Source: an uncultured delta proteobacterium
GTDB lineage: Bacteria > Myxococcota_A > Polyangia > Palsa-1104
Length of the DNA: 64,000 nucleotides
Direction: 5' to 3'
NCBI GenBank assembly: GCA_963785725.1
Contig: CAWAWS010000007.1
Span: forward strand, 32,001-96,000
Shown here: one piece after another, positions 52,425 to 61,218 of the stretch
Position numbering within the stretch: the stretch's first letter is position 1
Layout: each line of letters opens with the position of its first letter
Notes under the pieces: generated by a model
Told to the model about the DNA's origin: nothing
Seen by the model: the letters and a program-made list of their open reading frames with translations, nothing else
The model's database searches: none
Program-made: the position numbers and the translations under genes

Positions 52425-53942
52425 GTGATCGACGAAGCCGCTCGCCACGTTCACGTCGCCATCGCCGGCAGCGGCTTCGGCGGCCTCGGCATGGCCATTC
52501 GCATGCTGCAGCGCGGAATGCGCGACTTCCTCGTCTTCGAGCGCGCCCACGAGCTCGGCGGAGTCTGGCGCGACAACTCCTATCCCGGCTGCGCCTGCGA
52601 CGTGCAGTCACACCTCTATTCATTCTCGTTCGCGCCCAACCCCGATTGGAGCCACTCGTACTCGCCGCGCGCGGAGATTCAGGCCTATCTGCGCCGCTGC
52701 GCCGAGCGCTTCGGCGTCACGCCCTACTTGCGCTTCGGCCACGAAATCCTGAGCGCGACGTGGGATGGCGCGCGCAATCGCTGGCAGCTGGAGACGGCGG
52801 GCGGCGCCTACACGGCCGACGTCTTCATCGGCGCCATGGGCGCGCTCAGCGCGCCGAAGCTGCCGCACATTCCCGGGCTCGACGGCTTCGGCGGCCGCGT
52901 CTTCCATTCGGCGCGCTGGGATCACGACTTCGCGCTCGCCGGCCGCACGGTCGCCGTCATCGGCACGGGCGCGTCGGCGATCCAGTTCGTGCCGCAGATT
53001 CAGCCAGCGGTGAAGCGGCTGCACCTCTTTCAGCGGACGCCGCCGTGGATCGTGCCGCGCAACGACGTCGCCTTCAGCGCGCGGCAAAAGTGGCTGCTCG
53101 GCCGCTCGCCGCTGCTGCAGAAGCTGACGCGCGCCTCGATCTATGCGCGCCGCGAGCTGTTGGCGCTGTCGTTCCTGCATCCGCGGCTGGCGCCGCTGGC
53201 GGAGAAGCTCGGTCACGCGCAGCTGAAGCAGCAAATCGCCGACCCGGCATTGCGCGCGCGACTGACGCCGCGCTATCGGCTCGGCTGCAAGCGCGTCCTC
53301 GTGTCCGACGATTATCTGCCGGCGCTGACGCAGCCCAACGTCGAGGTCGTGACCGACGCCATCACGGCGGTGACGCCGCGCGCCGTCGTCACCGCCGACG
53401 GCCGCGAGCGCGCCGTCGACGCCATCATCTGCGGCACCGGCTTCCACGTGACCGACATGCCGTTCGCCGCGCGCATCCGCGGACGCGACGGCCGCACGCT
53501 GGAGGCGACGTGGAACGGCAGCCCCAAAGCGCACTTGGGATTGTCGGTGCACGGCTTCCCCAACTTGTTCTTGCTGCTCGGCCCCAACACCGGCCTCGGC
53601 CACTCGTCGGTCGTGCTCATGATCGAGAGCCAGATCGAGCATGTGCTCGGCGCGCTGCGGGCGATCGCGCGCGACCGCGTCGCGCTCGAGCCGACCGCCG
53701 CCGCGCAGGCTGCGTTCGTCGCCGACGTCGATGCGCGCATGCGCAACACCGTGTGGTCGACCGGCGGCTGCTCGAGCTGGTACCTCGATCGCACCGGCCG
53801 CAACTCGACGCTGTGGCCGAGCTACACGTTCTCCTTCCGGCGCCGCGTCGCGCGCTTCGACGCGCGTGAATATCGAGCGGTGGCGGCGTCTTCCGCGGCC
53901 TCGGCGGCGCCAGTCGAAGCCGCGTCTGTCGCAGCGCGTTGA
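52425..53942 (+). CDS. Flavin-containing (Baeyer-Villiger type) monooxygenase
   Basis: GSGFGG, GGVWRDNSYPGCACD, FHSARWD fingerprint, GTGASAIQ and GCKR. Confidence 0.92.
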   Translation: MIDEAARHVHVAIAGSGFGGLGMAIRMLQRGMRDFLVFERAHELGGVWRDNSYPGCACDVQSHLYSFSFAPNPDWSHSYSPRAEIQAYLRRCAERFGVTPYLRFGHEILSATWDGARNRWQLETAGGAYTADVFIGAMGALSAPKLPHIPGLDGFGGRVFHSARWDHDFALAGRTVAVIGTGASAIQFVPQIQPAVKRLHLFQRTPPWIVPRNDVAFSARQKWLLGRSPLLQKLTRASIYARRELLALSFLHPRLAPLAEKLGHAQLKQQIADPALRARLTPRYRLGCKRVLVSDDYLPALTQPNVEVVTDAITAVTPRAVVTADGRERAVDAIICGTGFHVTDMPFAARIRGRDGRTLEATWNGSPKAHLGLSVHGFPNLFLLLGPNTGLGHSSVVLMIESQIEHVLGALRAIARDRVALEPTAAAQAAFVADVDARMRNTVWSTGGCSSWYLDRTGRNSTLWPSYTFSFRRRVARFDAREYRAVAASSAASAAPVEAASVAAR

Positions 53943-54000
53943 CCGCGATCCGCCGCCGCGGATGACTATATTTCGCGACTCGTCTACGCTGCTGGCGACG

Positions 54001-55068
54001 ATGCTTGGTCGCAGCTTCGCGCCTCGTCGACTGCTGTTGCTCGGCTGGCTCGCGCTCGGCGCGTGCGGCGGCAAGTCGCCGTCGTCGTCGCGCGCCGACA
54101 TGGCCGCGCCGCCGCCGCCGCCGACCGACGTGCCGATGACCGTCGGGCAATACAACGCCACGCTGCGCTTCACCGTCGCGGTGCAGGTCGGCGACGCGCC
54201 GCCCTTCGACGCGCTGCTCGACACCGGCTCGGCCGGCCTGCGCATTCTGCCCGGCGCCGTCCCCGACTCCGCGTTCACGCAGATCCTCAGCCAAGAGGTC
54301 GAAGAGACCTACGGCGGCTCGCTCAGCGTCACCGGCCGCATCGCGCTCGCCACCGTCGGCATCGGCGGCCTGACGACGCCGGACGCCATTCCGGTCGAGC
54401 ACATCGACACCTTCGGCTGCGCGTCGACCGACCCGACCTGCTCCGTCGCCGACGAGGTCATGAGCCACTTCAGCGGCTTCGTCGCCATCCTCGGCGTCGG
54501 CATGCGCAACTCGGCGCGCGCGCCCGTCATCGGCAATCCCATCGTGCAGCTCGCCGGGCAGCCGTCGTTCGTCGTGCAAGCGCCGCCGTTTCCGGGCGGG
54601 ATGGGGACGCTGCGCATCTCACCGGCCGCGTCGGAGGTGAGCGCGTTCACGCCGTTTCAGCTGGCGCCCGACACGCTCGAGCTCTATCTGCCCAATCAGA
54701 CGCCGGCCTGGAACGACGAGCAGATCCCGACCTGTGTCGACGACAAGACCAACGGAATGCAATATTGCGGCGGCGGCTTTTACGACACCGGCACGCCGTT
54801 TACGATCGTCGCGCTGCCGGGCCAAGCGACCAAGCTGGCGCTGCCGACGAATGAAGACGTCGATATCGCCATTGGCGCGACCTTGACGATGCCGGCGCCG
54901 CTCGACTACGAGTTCACGGTCAGCGCTATGCCGTTACAAGGGCGAGACTTGGTCTATCTCGAGCCGACGACCGGTGTCGAAGCGCTCAACTTGGGAAATG
55001 CGCCCTATTTCTTTTTCGATATGTATTACGACCAAGTCAAAGGCGTCATCGGATTCAAATCGAAATGA
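54001..55068 (+). CDS. Pepsin-fold aspartic protease-like lipoprotein (DUF3443-like)
   Basis: LALGAC lipobox; two motifs LLDTGS and FYDTGT; ILGVG and NLG strands; C-terminal VIGF. Confidence 0.7.
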   Translation: MLGRSFAPRRLLLLGWLALGACGGKSPSSSRADMAAPPPPPTDVPMTVGQYNATLRFTVAVQVGDAPPFDALLDTGSAGLRILPGAVPDSAFTQILSQEVEETYGGSLSVTGRIALATVGIGGLTTPDAIPVEHIDTFGCASTDPTCSVADEVMSHFSGFVAILGVGMRNSARAPVIGNPIVQLAGQPSFVVQAPPFPGGMGTLRISPAASEVSAFTPFQLAPDTLELYLPNQTPAWNDEQIPTCVDDKTNGMQYCGGGFYDTGTPFTIVALPGQATKLALPTNEDVDIAIGATLTMPAPLDYEFTVSAMPLQGRDLVYLEPTTGVEALNLGNAPYFFFDMYYDQVKGVIGFKSK

Positions 55069-55071
55069 CAA

Positions 55072-56536
55072 TCACCACGGAATCGATTTGTAATCCTTTA
55101 GGAACAATCCCCACGGATGGTCGCCCGTCTGATATCCGACCATGATCGGATCGAGCACGCGCGCCGCGCCGTCGATGGCGTCGAGCGGCGGATGGAAGTC
55201 GTGCTCGACCTGCTTGCGCGCCACGTGCTGCAGCGGATCTTCGTCGGTGATCCAGCCGGTATCGACCGAATTCATGAAGATACCGTCGCGCATATAATCG
55301 ATCGCCGACGTTCGCGTCAGCATATTCAACGCCGCTTTCGCCATATTCGTATGCGGGTGCTTATCGGTCTTCTTGTTACGCGCGAACTGCGCCTCCATCG
55401 CCGACACATTGACGATGTGCTTATCGCGATCACTCCGCCGACTCATCAAATTGCGCAGTCGACTAATCAAGAGGAATGGCGCCACTGAATTGACCAGATG
55501 AACTTCCAACAGCTCGACGGTCGACACTTGATCGGCCGTCATGCGCCAGCTGTTCATCGTGCCGTAAGTCGGCCTGCTGATCGTCGAGATCGCGCAGCTC
55601 CGGCGGGAACGCTTCGATCTCGCGCACGTCCTCTTCGGTCAGCGCCAGCTGCGACAGCCGCGCCGGCGTCACGTCCTGCGCCGCGAAGCGCACCATCCCG
55701 GTCTCGCTCGCCGTGCCCGCCAAGAGCGCGCGCGCCCCGTCCGACAGCGCGCTCTGCAGCCGCTCCTCGCGCTCGACGAGCGTGCGATAAAACGCCGGCG
55801 GCCGCCGCACCGTCTGCGCCGCGTTGTTCACCAGCAGATCGAGCGACGGCAGCGTCTTCTCCAGATGCTCGGCCAGCTTCTCCACCGTCGGCACGTGGCG
55901 CAGGTCGATGCCGTGCAGATGCAGCCGCCCGCTCCACGCCGCGAAATCGGGCTCGCGCGCGAAGCGCTCGGCGGCGTCGACGGGAAAGCGCGTCGTGGCG
56001 TGCACCTCGGCGCCGGCGCGCAGGAGAATCAGCGCCGCCTGATAGCCGATCTTGATGCGCGCGCCGGTGACGAGCGCGATGCGCCCGCGCAGATCGGCCG
56101 TCTGATGCCGCTTCTGCCAGTTGAGCGCCGCGCAGCCCGGGCACATCTGATCGTAGAAGTGGTGGACCTGGCGAAACTCGTCTTTGCAGACGTAGCAGTT
56201 GCGCGACTTCTTCAGCTCCTCGACGATCGGCGCGGGCACGACGTCGGCCGTCGTCGGCGCGGTCGACGCCGGCAGCACGTAATGCGACGAGCGCCGCGCC
56301 AGCCGATTGACCGCGCGCGCCACCAGCTGCGCGTCGTGGCTCTTCTGCTCGGCGCGGTTCTTCTTGCGAAATGCGCGCTGCGCCTGGCGCTGCTCGTGCC
56401 GCGTCGGCCGCGAGACTTGGCCGGCGTCGCGCAGGAGCTGCTGGCGGGTCTCCTCGTCCATCTCGGTCATGAGCGCGCGATCTTCGGCTAACGCGCGTAA
56501 AACTCGCAGGCAGGCGTCGACGTCGTCCTTCTTCAC
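55072..56536 (-). CDS. Extended SDR with N-terminal CxxC-HH-CxxC domain, frameshifted near 55558
   Basis: [45 protein letters not shown] and SVDTGW. Confidence 0.82.
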
Positions 56537-56831
56537 GGCGGCGAAGGATAGTCGAAAGAGCCTGCTTCAGCGAGCCGATTCACGCGATCGCCCGCGCCAA
56601 GTGCTTGTCGCGCTAAGCGTTCCGCCGACGCGCCGGCGCGCAGCGACGGCGATTGGCCCACCGCCTGCGTGATGCACCTTTTGCGCATGTTGCCCGCATG
56701 AGACGGCGGACACGCACTTTGCATCGCGTTTTGCCGAGTCATTCGCAGCATCCGCGTGTCAGGATGATCCGTACGCTCCATTGGTTGTGTGTCGCAGTTT
56801 TCCGTAACCGGGGGAGAGATCGAGCTCCGCG

Positions 56832-57914
56832 ATGAAGTGGCCAGCACTGACGGGCGATCAATACCGCCTCGTAGCTCAGCATTCGCCGATGATGATCTGG
56901 CGCGCCGGCCTCGACGCCCAGCGCGACTACTGCAACGACACCTGGCTCGAATTCAGCGGCCGGACGCTGGCGCAAGAGGCGGGCGAAGGCTGGATCGAGA
57001 GCGTGCACGCCGACGATCGCGACAAGTGTCTGGCGATCTATCGCGATCATTTCGCGCGCCGCCGGCCGTTCGAGCTCGAGTATCGGCTGCGCCGTCACGA
57101 CGGCCACTATCGCTACATCCTCGATCGCGGCGTGCCTTACGAAGGTGACGACGGCGGGCAGCTGGCGGGCTTCGTCGGCAGCTGCATCGACGTTCACGAG
57201 CGGCGCGAGCTCGACCGCCAGCGCGCGCAGTTTCACGCGCTCATCGCCCACGAGCTGCGCACGCCGCTGACCTCGATGGCGACGATCGTCGAGACCATTC
57301 GGCGTAAAGGCATCAAGGGGCAGCCGGTCGGCGACGAGATGTACTTGCGCTTCAACGCCCAAGTCGACCGGCTGGCGGCGCTCATCGAAGACTTGTCGGA
57401 GGTGGCGACGCTCGAGGAGGGGCGCGCGCTGCCGGTGCAGAAGACGCGCGTCGACTTGGCGGCGATCGTGCGCGACGTCGTCGTCGTCTATCGCGACGCG
57501 GCGCAGGCGCGCTCGGCGGAGCGGCGGCCGACGTTCACCGTCGACGCCGTCGACGACGGCTGCTTCGTCGCCGGCGACCGCCGCCGGCTCGAGCAGGTCC
57601 TCGGCAATCTGCTCGACAACGCCATGAAGTATTCGCCGCACGGCGGGGAGATCACGGTCACGCTCGCGGTCGCCGACGGGCGCGCGCGGCTGGTCGTCGG
57701 CGATCGCGGCATCGGCATTCCCGCGGCCGAGCTCACCGTCGTCGGGCGCCGCTATTATCGCGCGACCAACGCCGCCATGACGAGCTATCCCGGCCTCGGG
57801 CTCGGCCTGTCGCTGTGCAAGGAGCTGGTCGAGCGCCACGACGGACAGCTCACCGTCACGAGCGCGCTCGGCCAAGGCACGACCGTCGCCATCGAGTTGC
57901 CGACGATCGCGTAA
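56832..57914 (+). CDS. PAS domain sensor histidine kinase
   Basis: PAS/PAC (WIESVHADD, EYRLRRHDG), AHELRTPL, NLLDNAMKYS and GLGLGL. Confidence 0.92.
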   Translation: MKWPALTGDQYRLVAQHSPMMIWRAGLDAQRDYCNDTWLEFSGRTLAQEAGEGWIESVHADDRDKCLAIYRDHFARRRPFELEYRLRRHDGHYRYILDRGVPYEGDDGGQLAGFVGSCIDVHERRELDRQRAQFHALIAHELRTPLTSMATIVETIRRKGIKGQPVGDEMYLRFNAQVDRLAALIEDLSEVATLEEGRALPVQKTRVDLAAIVRDVVVVYRDAAQARSAERRPTFTVDAVDDGCFVAGDRRRLEQVLGNLLDNAMKYSPHGGEITVTLAVADGRARLVVGDRGIGIPAAELTVVGRRYYRATNAAMTSYPGLGLGLSLCKELVERHDGQLTVTSALGQGTTVAIELPTIA

Positions 57915-57934
57915 TCGCTACAGCGCCGCCGGGT

Positions 57935-58648
57935 TCACGCCTGCAGCTCGGCGACCAAGAGATCGCGCGGCTCGGGCGGCACGAACACATACGGCGGCTG
58001 CTCCTCGACGAGGTTCAACGCCTGGGCGAGCAGCTCGGCCAGCTTGTCCGCCGCCGCCGCCGGCAGCCGAATCGCGCCGCCGCCGCTCTCGTCGACCATG
58101 TCGTCCTCGAAGCGCAGCGTCACGCCGTCGTCCGCCGGCAGCACGTGCAGAAACGGCCGCTGATTCGGGCCCGCTTCCGTCAGCATGCCCGCGCGCCGCT
58201 CGGCCACCAGCGCGCGCAACAGCTTGGCCTCGTCGTCGAGCAGCCACCACGTGTCGCCCATGCGCTCGAGCGACTCGCCGTAACGCAAGACGATGCGCGG
58301 GTTCGACAGCTCGATGACCGCCGTCTCCACCGACACGTCGAGATAGAGCGCGCCGCTCGCCGGCTCCGCCGCCGCGCCTTCGACGAGCCCCAAGTAGCGC
58401 TCGGGCACGAGCCGCGGCGGCTTGTCGCGCATGGCCGCCAGACCGCGGCGCAACAGCGTCGCCAGCTCGCCCGCGCGCTCGTGATCCCAGACGCGCTCGG
58501 CCATCTCCAGCCAATCGGCCGCGCCTTCGACTTCGGCGGCCGTCAACGCCATCACGTAGTCGTCGAACGACACGTGCAGCCGCGCCTGCGGCACGATCTC
58601 GTCGTCGTTGGCCCACAACACCGTTGGAATCTTCACGCGATAGAGCAT
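57935..58648 (-). CDS. Hypothetical cytoplasmic protein
   Basis: 237-aa ORF with normal composition filling the gap between two genes; no family recognised. Confidence 0.65.
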   Translation of the reverse strand: MLYRVKIPTVLWANDDEIVPQARLHVSFDDYVMALTAAEVEGAADWLEMAERVWDHERAGELATLLRRGLAAMRDKPPRLVPERYLGLVEGAAAEPASGALYLDVSVETAVIELSNPRIVLRYGESLERMGDTWWLLDDEAKLLRALVAERRAGMLTEAGPNQRPFLHVLPADDGVTLRFEDDMVDESGGGAIRLPAAAADKLAELLAQALNLVEEQPPYVFVPPEPRDLLVAELQA

Positions 58649-58839
58649 TGGCCGCCCTCTCTATCACGATCTGGGCACGCCTTCGCCACGCGCTGGAAAC
58701 GTCGCCGGCGACTCGCCACTCCAGCCCGCGTCCGCGACGCCGCATTCGTCCCGCGCGCGCGACAAAGCGGGGGCCGAGCCTCCCAGTCGCCGCGTTTCGG
58801 GCTCGTGACGCGCCTTACTCCCGCAGTGCAATCGGCAGG

Positions 58840-58855
58840 TGGCACAACGCGTGCT
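58840..58855 (+). promoter_or_regulatory. sigma54 promoter
   Basis: TGGCACAACGCGTGCT upstream of an AGGAGG RBS. Confidence 0.6.
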
Positions 58856-58886
58856 CTAGCGGCTGTTCGTGCAATCAGGAGGTTCG

Positions 58887-60836
58887 ATGCGTTCGCGTGG
58901 GCTCATGTTCGGCGCAGTTCTCGTTTCCTTCACCGCTGCCTGCACCGCCGGAAAGATCGGCACCAAGAGCGGCGGTGACTTCAATGGCGCCAACGGCGAC
59001 ATGGGCTCGCAGAGCAATGGTGGCGGCGGCGGCGGATCGGGCTCGGGCGGCGGCTCATCGACTGGTGCGAACGGCGGCGGCAGCGGCAACGGCGGCAACG
59101 GCGGCGGCACCGTCGCGACCGGCGCCGGCCCGACGGCGAATTGCCCGCCGAGCTGGACGACGACGCCGGCCTGCGGCGGCAGCACCAACACGGCCACGCC
59201 CGATTTCGGACCGAACGTCAAAATGTTCGACCCCTCGATGAGCGGCAGCGCCATCCAAGCGGTCACCGACGGCATCTACGCGCAGCAAGACGCCAACCAG
59301 TTCGGCACGCCGCGCTACGCCTACTTCTTCAAGCCCGGCACCTACGGCACGATGGACGTCAAAGTCGGCTTCTACACGCAGGTGCTCGGTCTCGGTCACG
59401 GCCCCGACGACGTCGTCATCAACGGCAACGTGCGCGTCAAAGGCGACTGGATGCCGGGCAACAACTCGACCTGCAACTTCTGGCGCGGCGCCGAGAACCT
59501 CAGCATGACGCCGACGCCGGCCATCGACGACGACGACGACATCTGGGCGGTGTCGCAAGGCGCGCAGCTGCGGCGCGTGCACGTGCTCGGCAACCTGGCG
59601 CTGCACGACTACGGCGGCTGGTCGTCGGGCGGCTTCATGGCCGACTCGCTCGTCGACGGGCAGCTCATCTCGGGCTCGCAGCAGCAGTTCATCACGCGCA
59701 ACAACCAGCAGAACTGGACCGGCGGCGTGTGGAACATGGTCTTCGTCGGCAACATGACCGCGCCGGCGCCGAGCTGGCCGGCGCCGCCGTACACCATCAC
59801 GGCCATGACGCCCAAAGTGCGCGAGAAGCCGTTCCTGTTCATGGATTCGTCCGGCAATTACCTCGTCATGGTGCCGAATCTCAAATCGAACGTGAGCGGG
59901 CGCAGCTGGACGACGGCGGATGCGCCGGGCGTCGCGCTGTCGATCGGCCTCTTCTACGTCGCGCAGCCGACCGACACGGCGACGACGCTGAACGCCGCGC
60001 TCGCCGCCGGCAAGCACATCCTGTTCACGCCTGGGATTTACCACCTCGGCGCCGCCCTGCACGTCACGCAGCCGGGCACGATCTTGCTCGGCCTCGGCAT
60101 CGCCACGCTCATCAACGACAACGCGACGCCGATCTTGACCGTCGACGACGTCGACAACGTCACGCTGGCCGGCTTCCTCATGGAGGCGGGGCCGAACAGC
60201 GCGACGACGCTCTTGCAGCTCGGCGCCGCCGGCGCGAGCCGCGCGCACACGACCTTCCCGACGCTCGTGGCCGACGTGCATTGCCGCGTCGGCGGCGCCG
60301 ATCCGGGCACGGTGCAGAGCTGCGTCATCGTCAACTCGAGCGACGTCATCCTCGACAACGTGTGGCTGTGGCGGGCCGATCACGGCGCCGGCGCCGGCTG
60401 GACCTCGAACGTCGCCACCAACGGCATCATCGTCAACGGCGACAACGTCACGGCTTACGGCCTCTTCGTCGAGCACTTCCAGCAGTACCAGACGCTGTGG
60501 AACGGCAACGGCGGCACCACCTACTTCTATCAATCGGAGATGCCCTACGATCCGCCGAATCAGGCGGCGTGGATGGCGGCGCCGGGACACAACGGCTATC
60601 CGTCGTACAAAGTGGCCGACAGCGTCACGTCGCATCATGCCGAGGGGCTCGGCGTCTACAGCGTGTTCACGCTCGCGGGCATCGCCGCCGAGAACGCCAT
60701 CGAGACGCCGACGTCGAGCGGCATCGTCATGACCCACATGGTCACCGCCAACCTCGCGCAAGGCTCGGTCACGCACATCATCAACGACACCGGCGCGCAG
60801 GTCGACACGACGACGATGACGTCCTACTCGCCCTGA
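58887..60836 (+). CDS. GH55-like beta-1,3-glucanase lipoprotein
   Basis: FTAAC lipobox and Gly-rich linker; FWRGAENL, WAVSQ, REKPFL, WLWRADHG, GLFVEHFQ and FYQSEMPYD match bacterial GH55 beta-helix enzymes. Confidence 0.78.
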   Translation: MRSRGLMFGAVLVSFTAACTAGKIGTKSGGDFNGANGDMGSQSNGGGGGGSGSGGGSSTGANGGGSGNGGNGGGTVATGAGPTANCPPSWTTTPACGGSTNTATPDFGPNVKMFDPSMSGSAIQAVTDGIYAQQDANQFGTPRYAYFFKPGTYGTMDVKVGFYTQVLGLGHGPDDVVINGNVRVKGDWMPGNNSTCNFWRGAENLSMTPTPAIDDDDDIWAVSQGAQLRRVHVLGNLALHDYGGWSSGGFMADSLVDGQLISGSQQQFITRNNQQNWTGGVWNMVFVGNMTAPAPSWPAPPYTITAMTPKVREKPFLFMDSSGNYLVMVPNLKSNVSGRSWTTADAPGVALSIGLFYVAQPTDTATTLNAALAAGKHILFTPGIYHLGAALHVTQPGTILLGLGIATLINDNATPILTVDDVDNVTLAGFLMEAGPNSATTLLQLGAAGASRAHTTFPTLVADVHCRVGGADPGTVQSCVIVNSSDVILDNVWLWRADHGAGAGWTSNVATNGIIVNGDNVTAYGLFVEHFQQYQTLWNGNGGTTYFYQSEMPYDPPNQAAWMAAPGHNGYPSYKVADSVTSHHAEGLGVYSVFTLAGIAAENAIETPTSSGIVMTHMVTANLAQGSVTHIINDTGAQVDTTTMTSYSP

Positions 60837-61218
60837 CGATTCCGCCGGCGCGAGTTTCCTCAGTGGGCGCGATTTGCCGTCGCACTTTTTCCCTGGGACT
60901 TTTCACCGCAGTTTTGGGCGCGCTCGCGCATCGCGATCGGCAAACTGACAGCTCGCCGTCGGCCTCATTGGCGTGCCGCGCCGCAGTCCGAGCGACGCAG
61001 GCCCGAAAATAGTCGAGCGCACCGCGTAACGAAACCGCCGTGACGCGATCGGAGCGGGCGCGCTGCGGCCGCGATCACCTGCGCGGCGCCGGGGACTCGA
61101 GCCCCGACGTCGCCATTCGCCACGGCGCCTCGACTCCCCGCTGCGCGACAATCCCCCGGAATCGCCGCAGTTCGCGCGTCCGCGGCGGTTGGCGAGCGCC
61201 TTGCTCTAGGCTGGCCGC

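Noticed and set aside
56654..56669. GG-N10-GC motif (TGGCCCACCGCCTGCG) upstream of the PAS kinase
   Set aside because: It is a weaker match to the consensus and far from the start codon; such matches arise by chance in GC-rich DNA.
60930..61030. GGCAAAC sequence suggestive of a c-di-GMP-I riboswitch
   Set aside because: The GNRA-capped P2 stem and downstream GCAAAG elements are missing.
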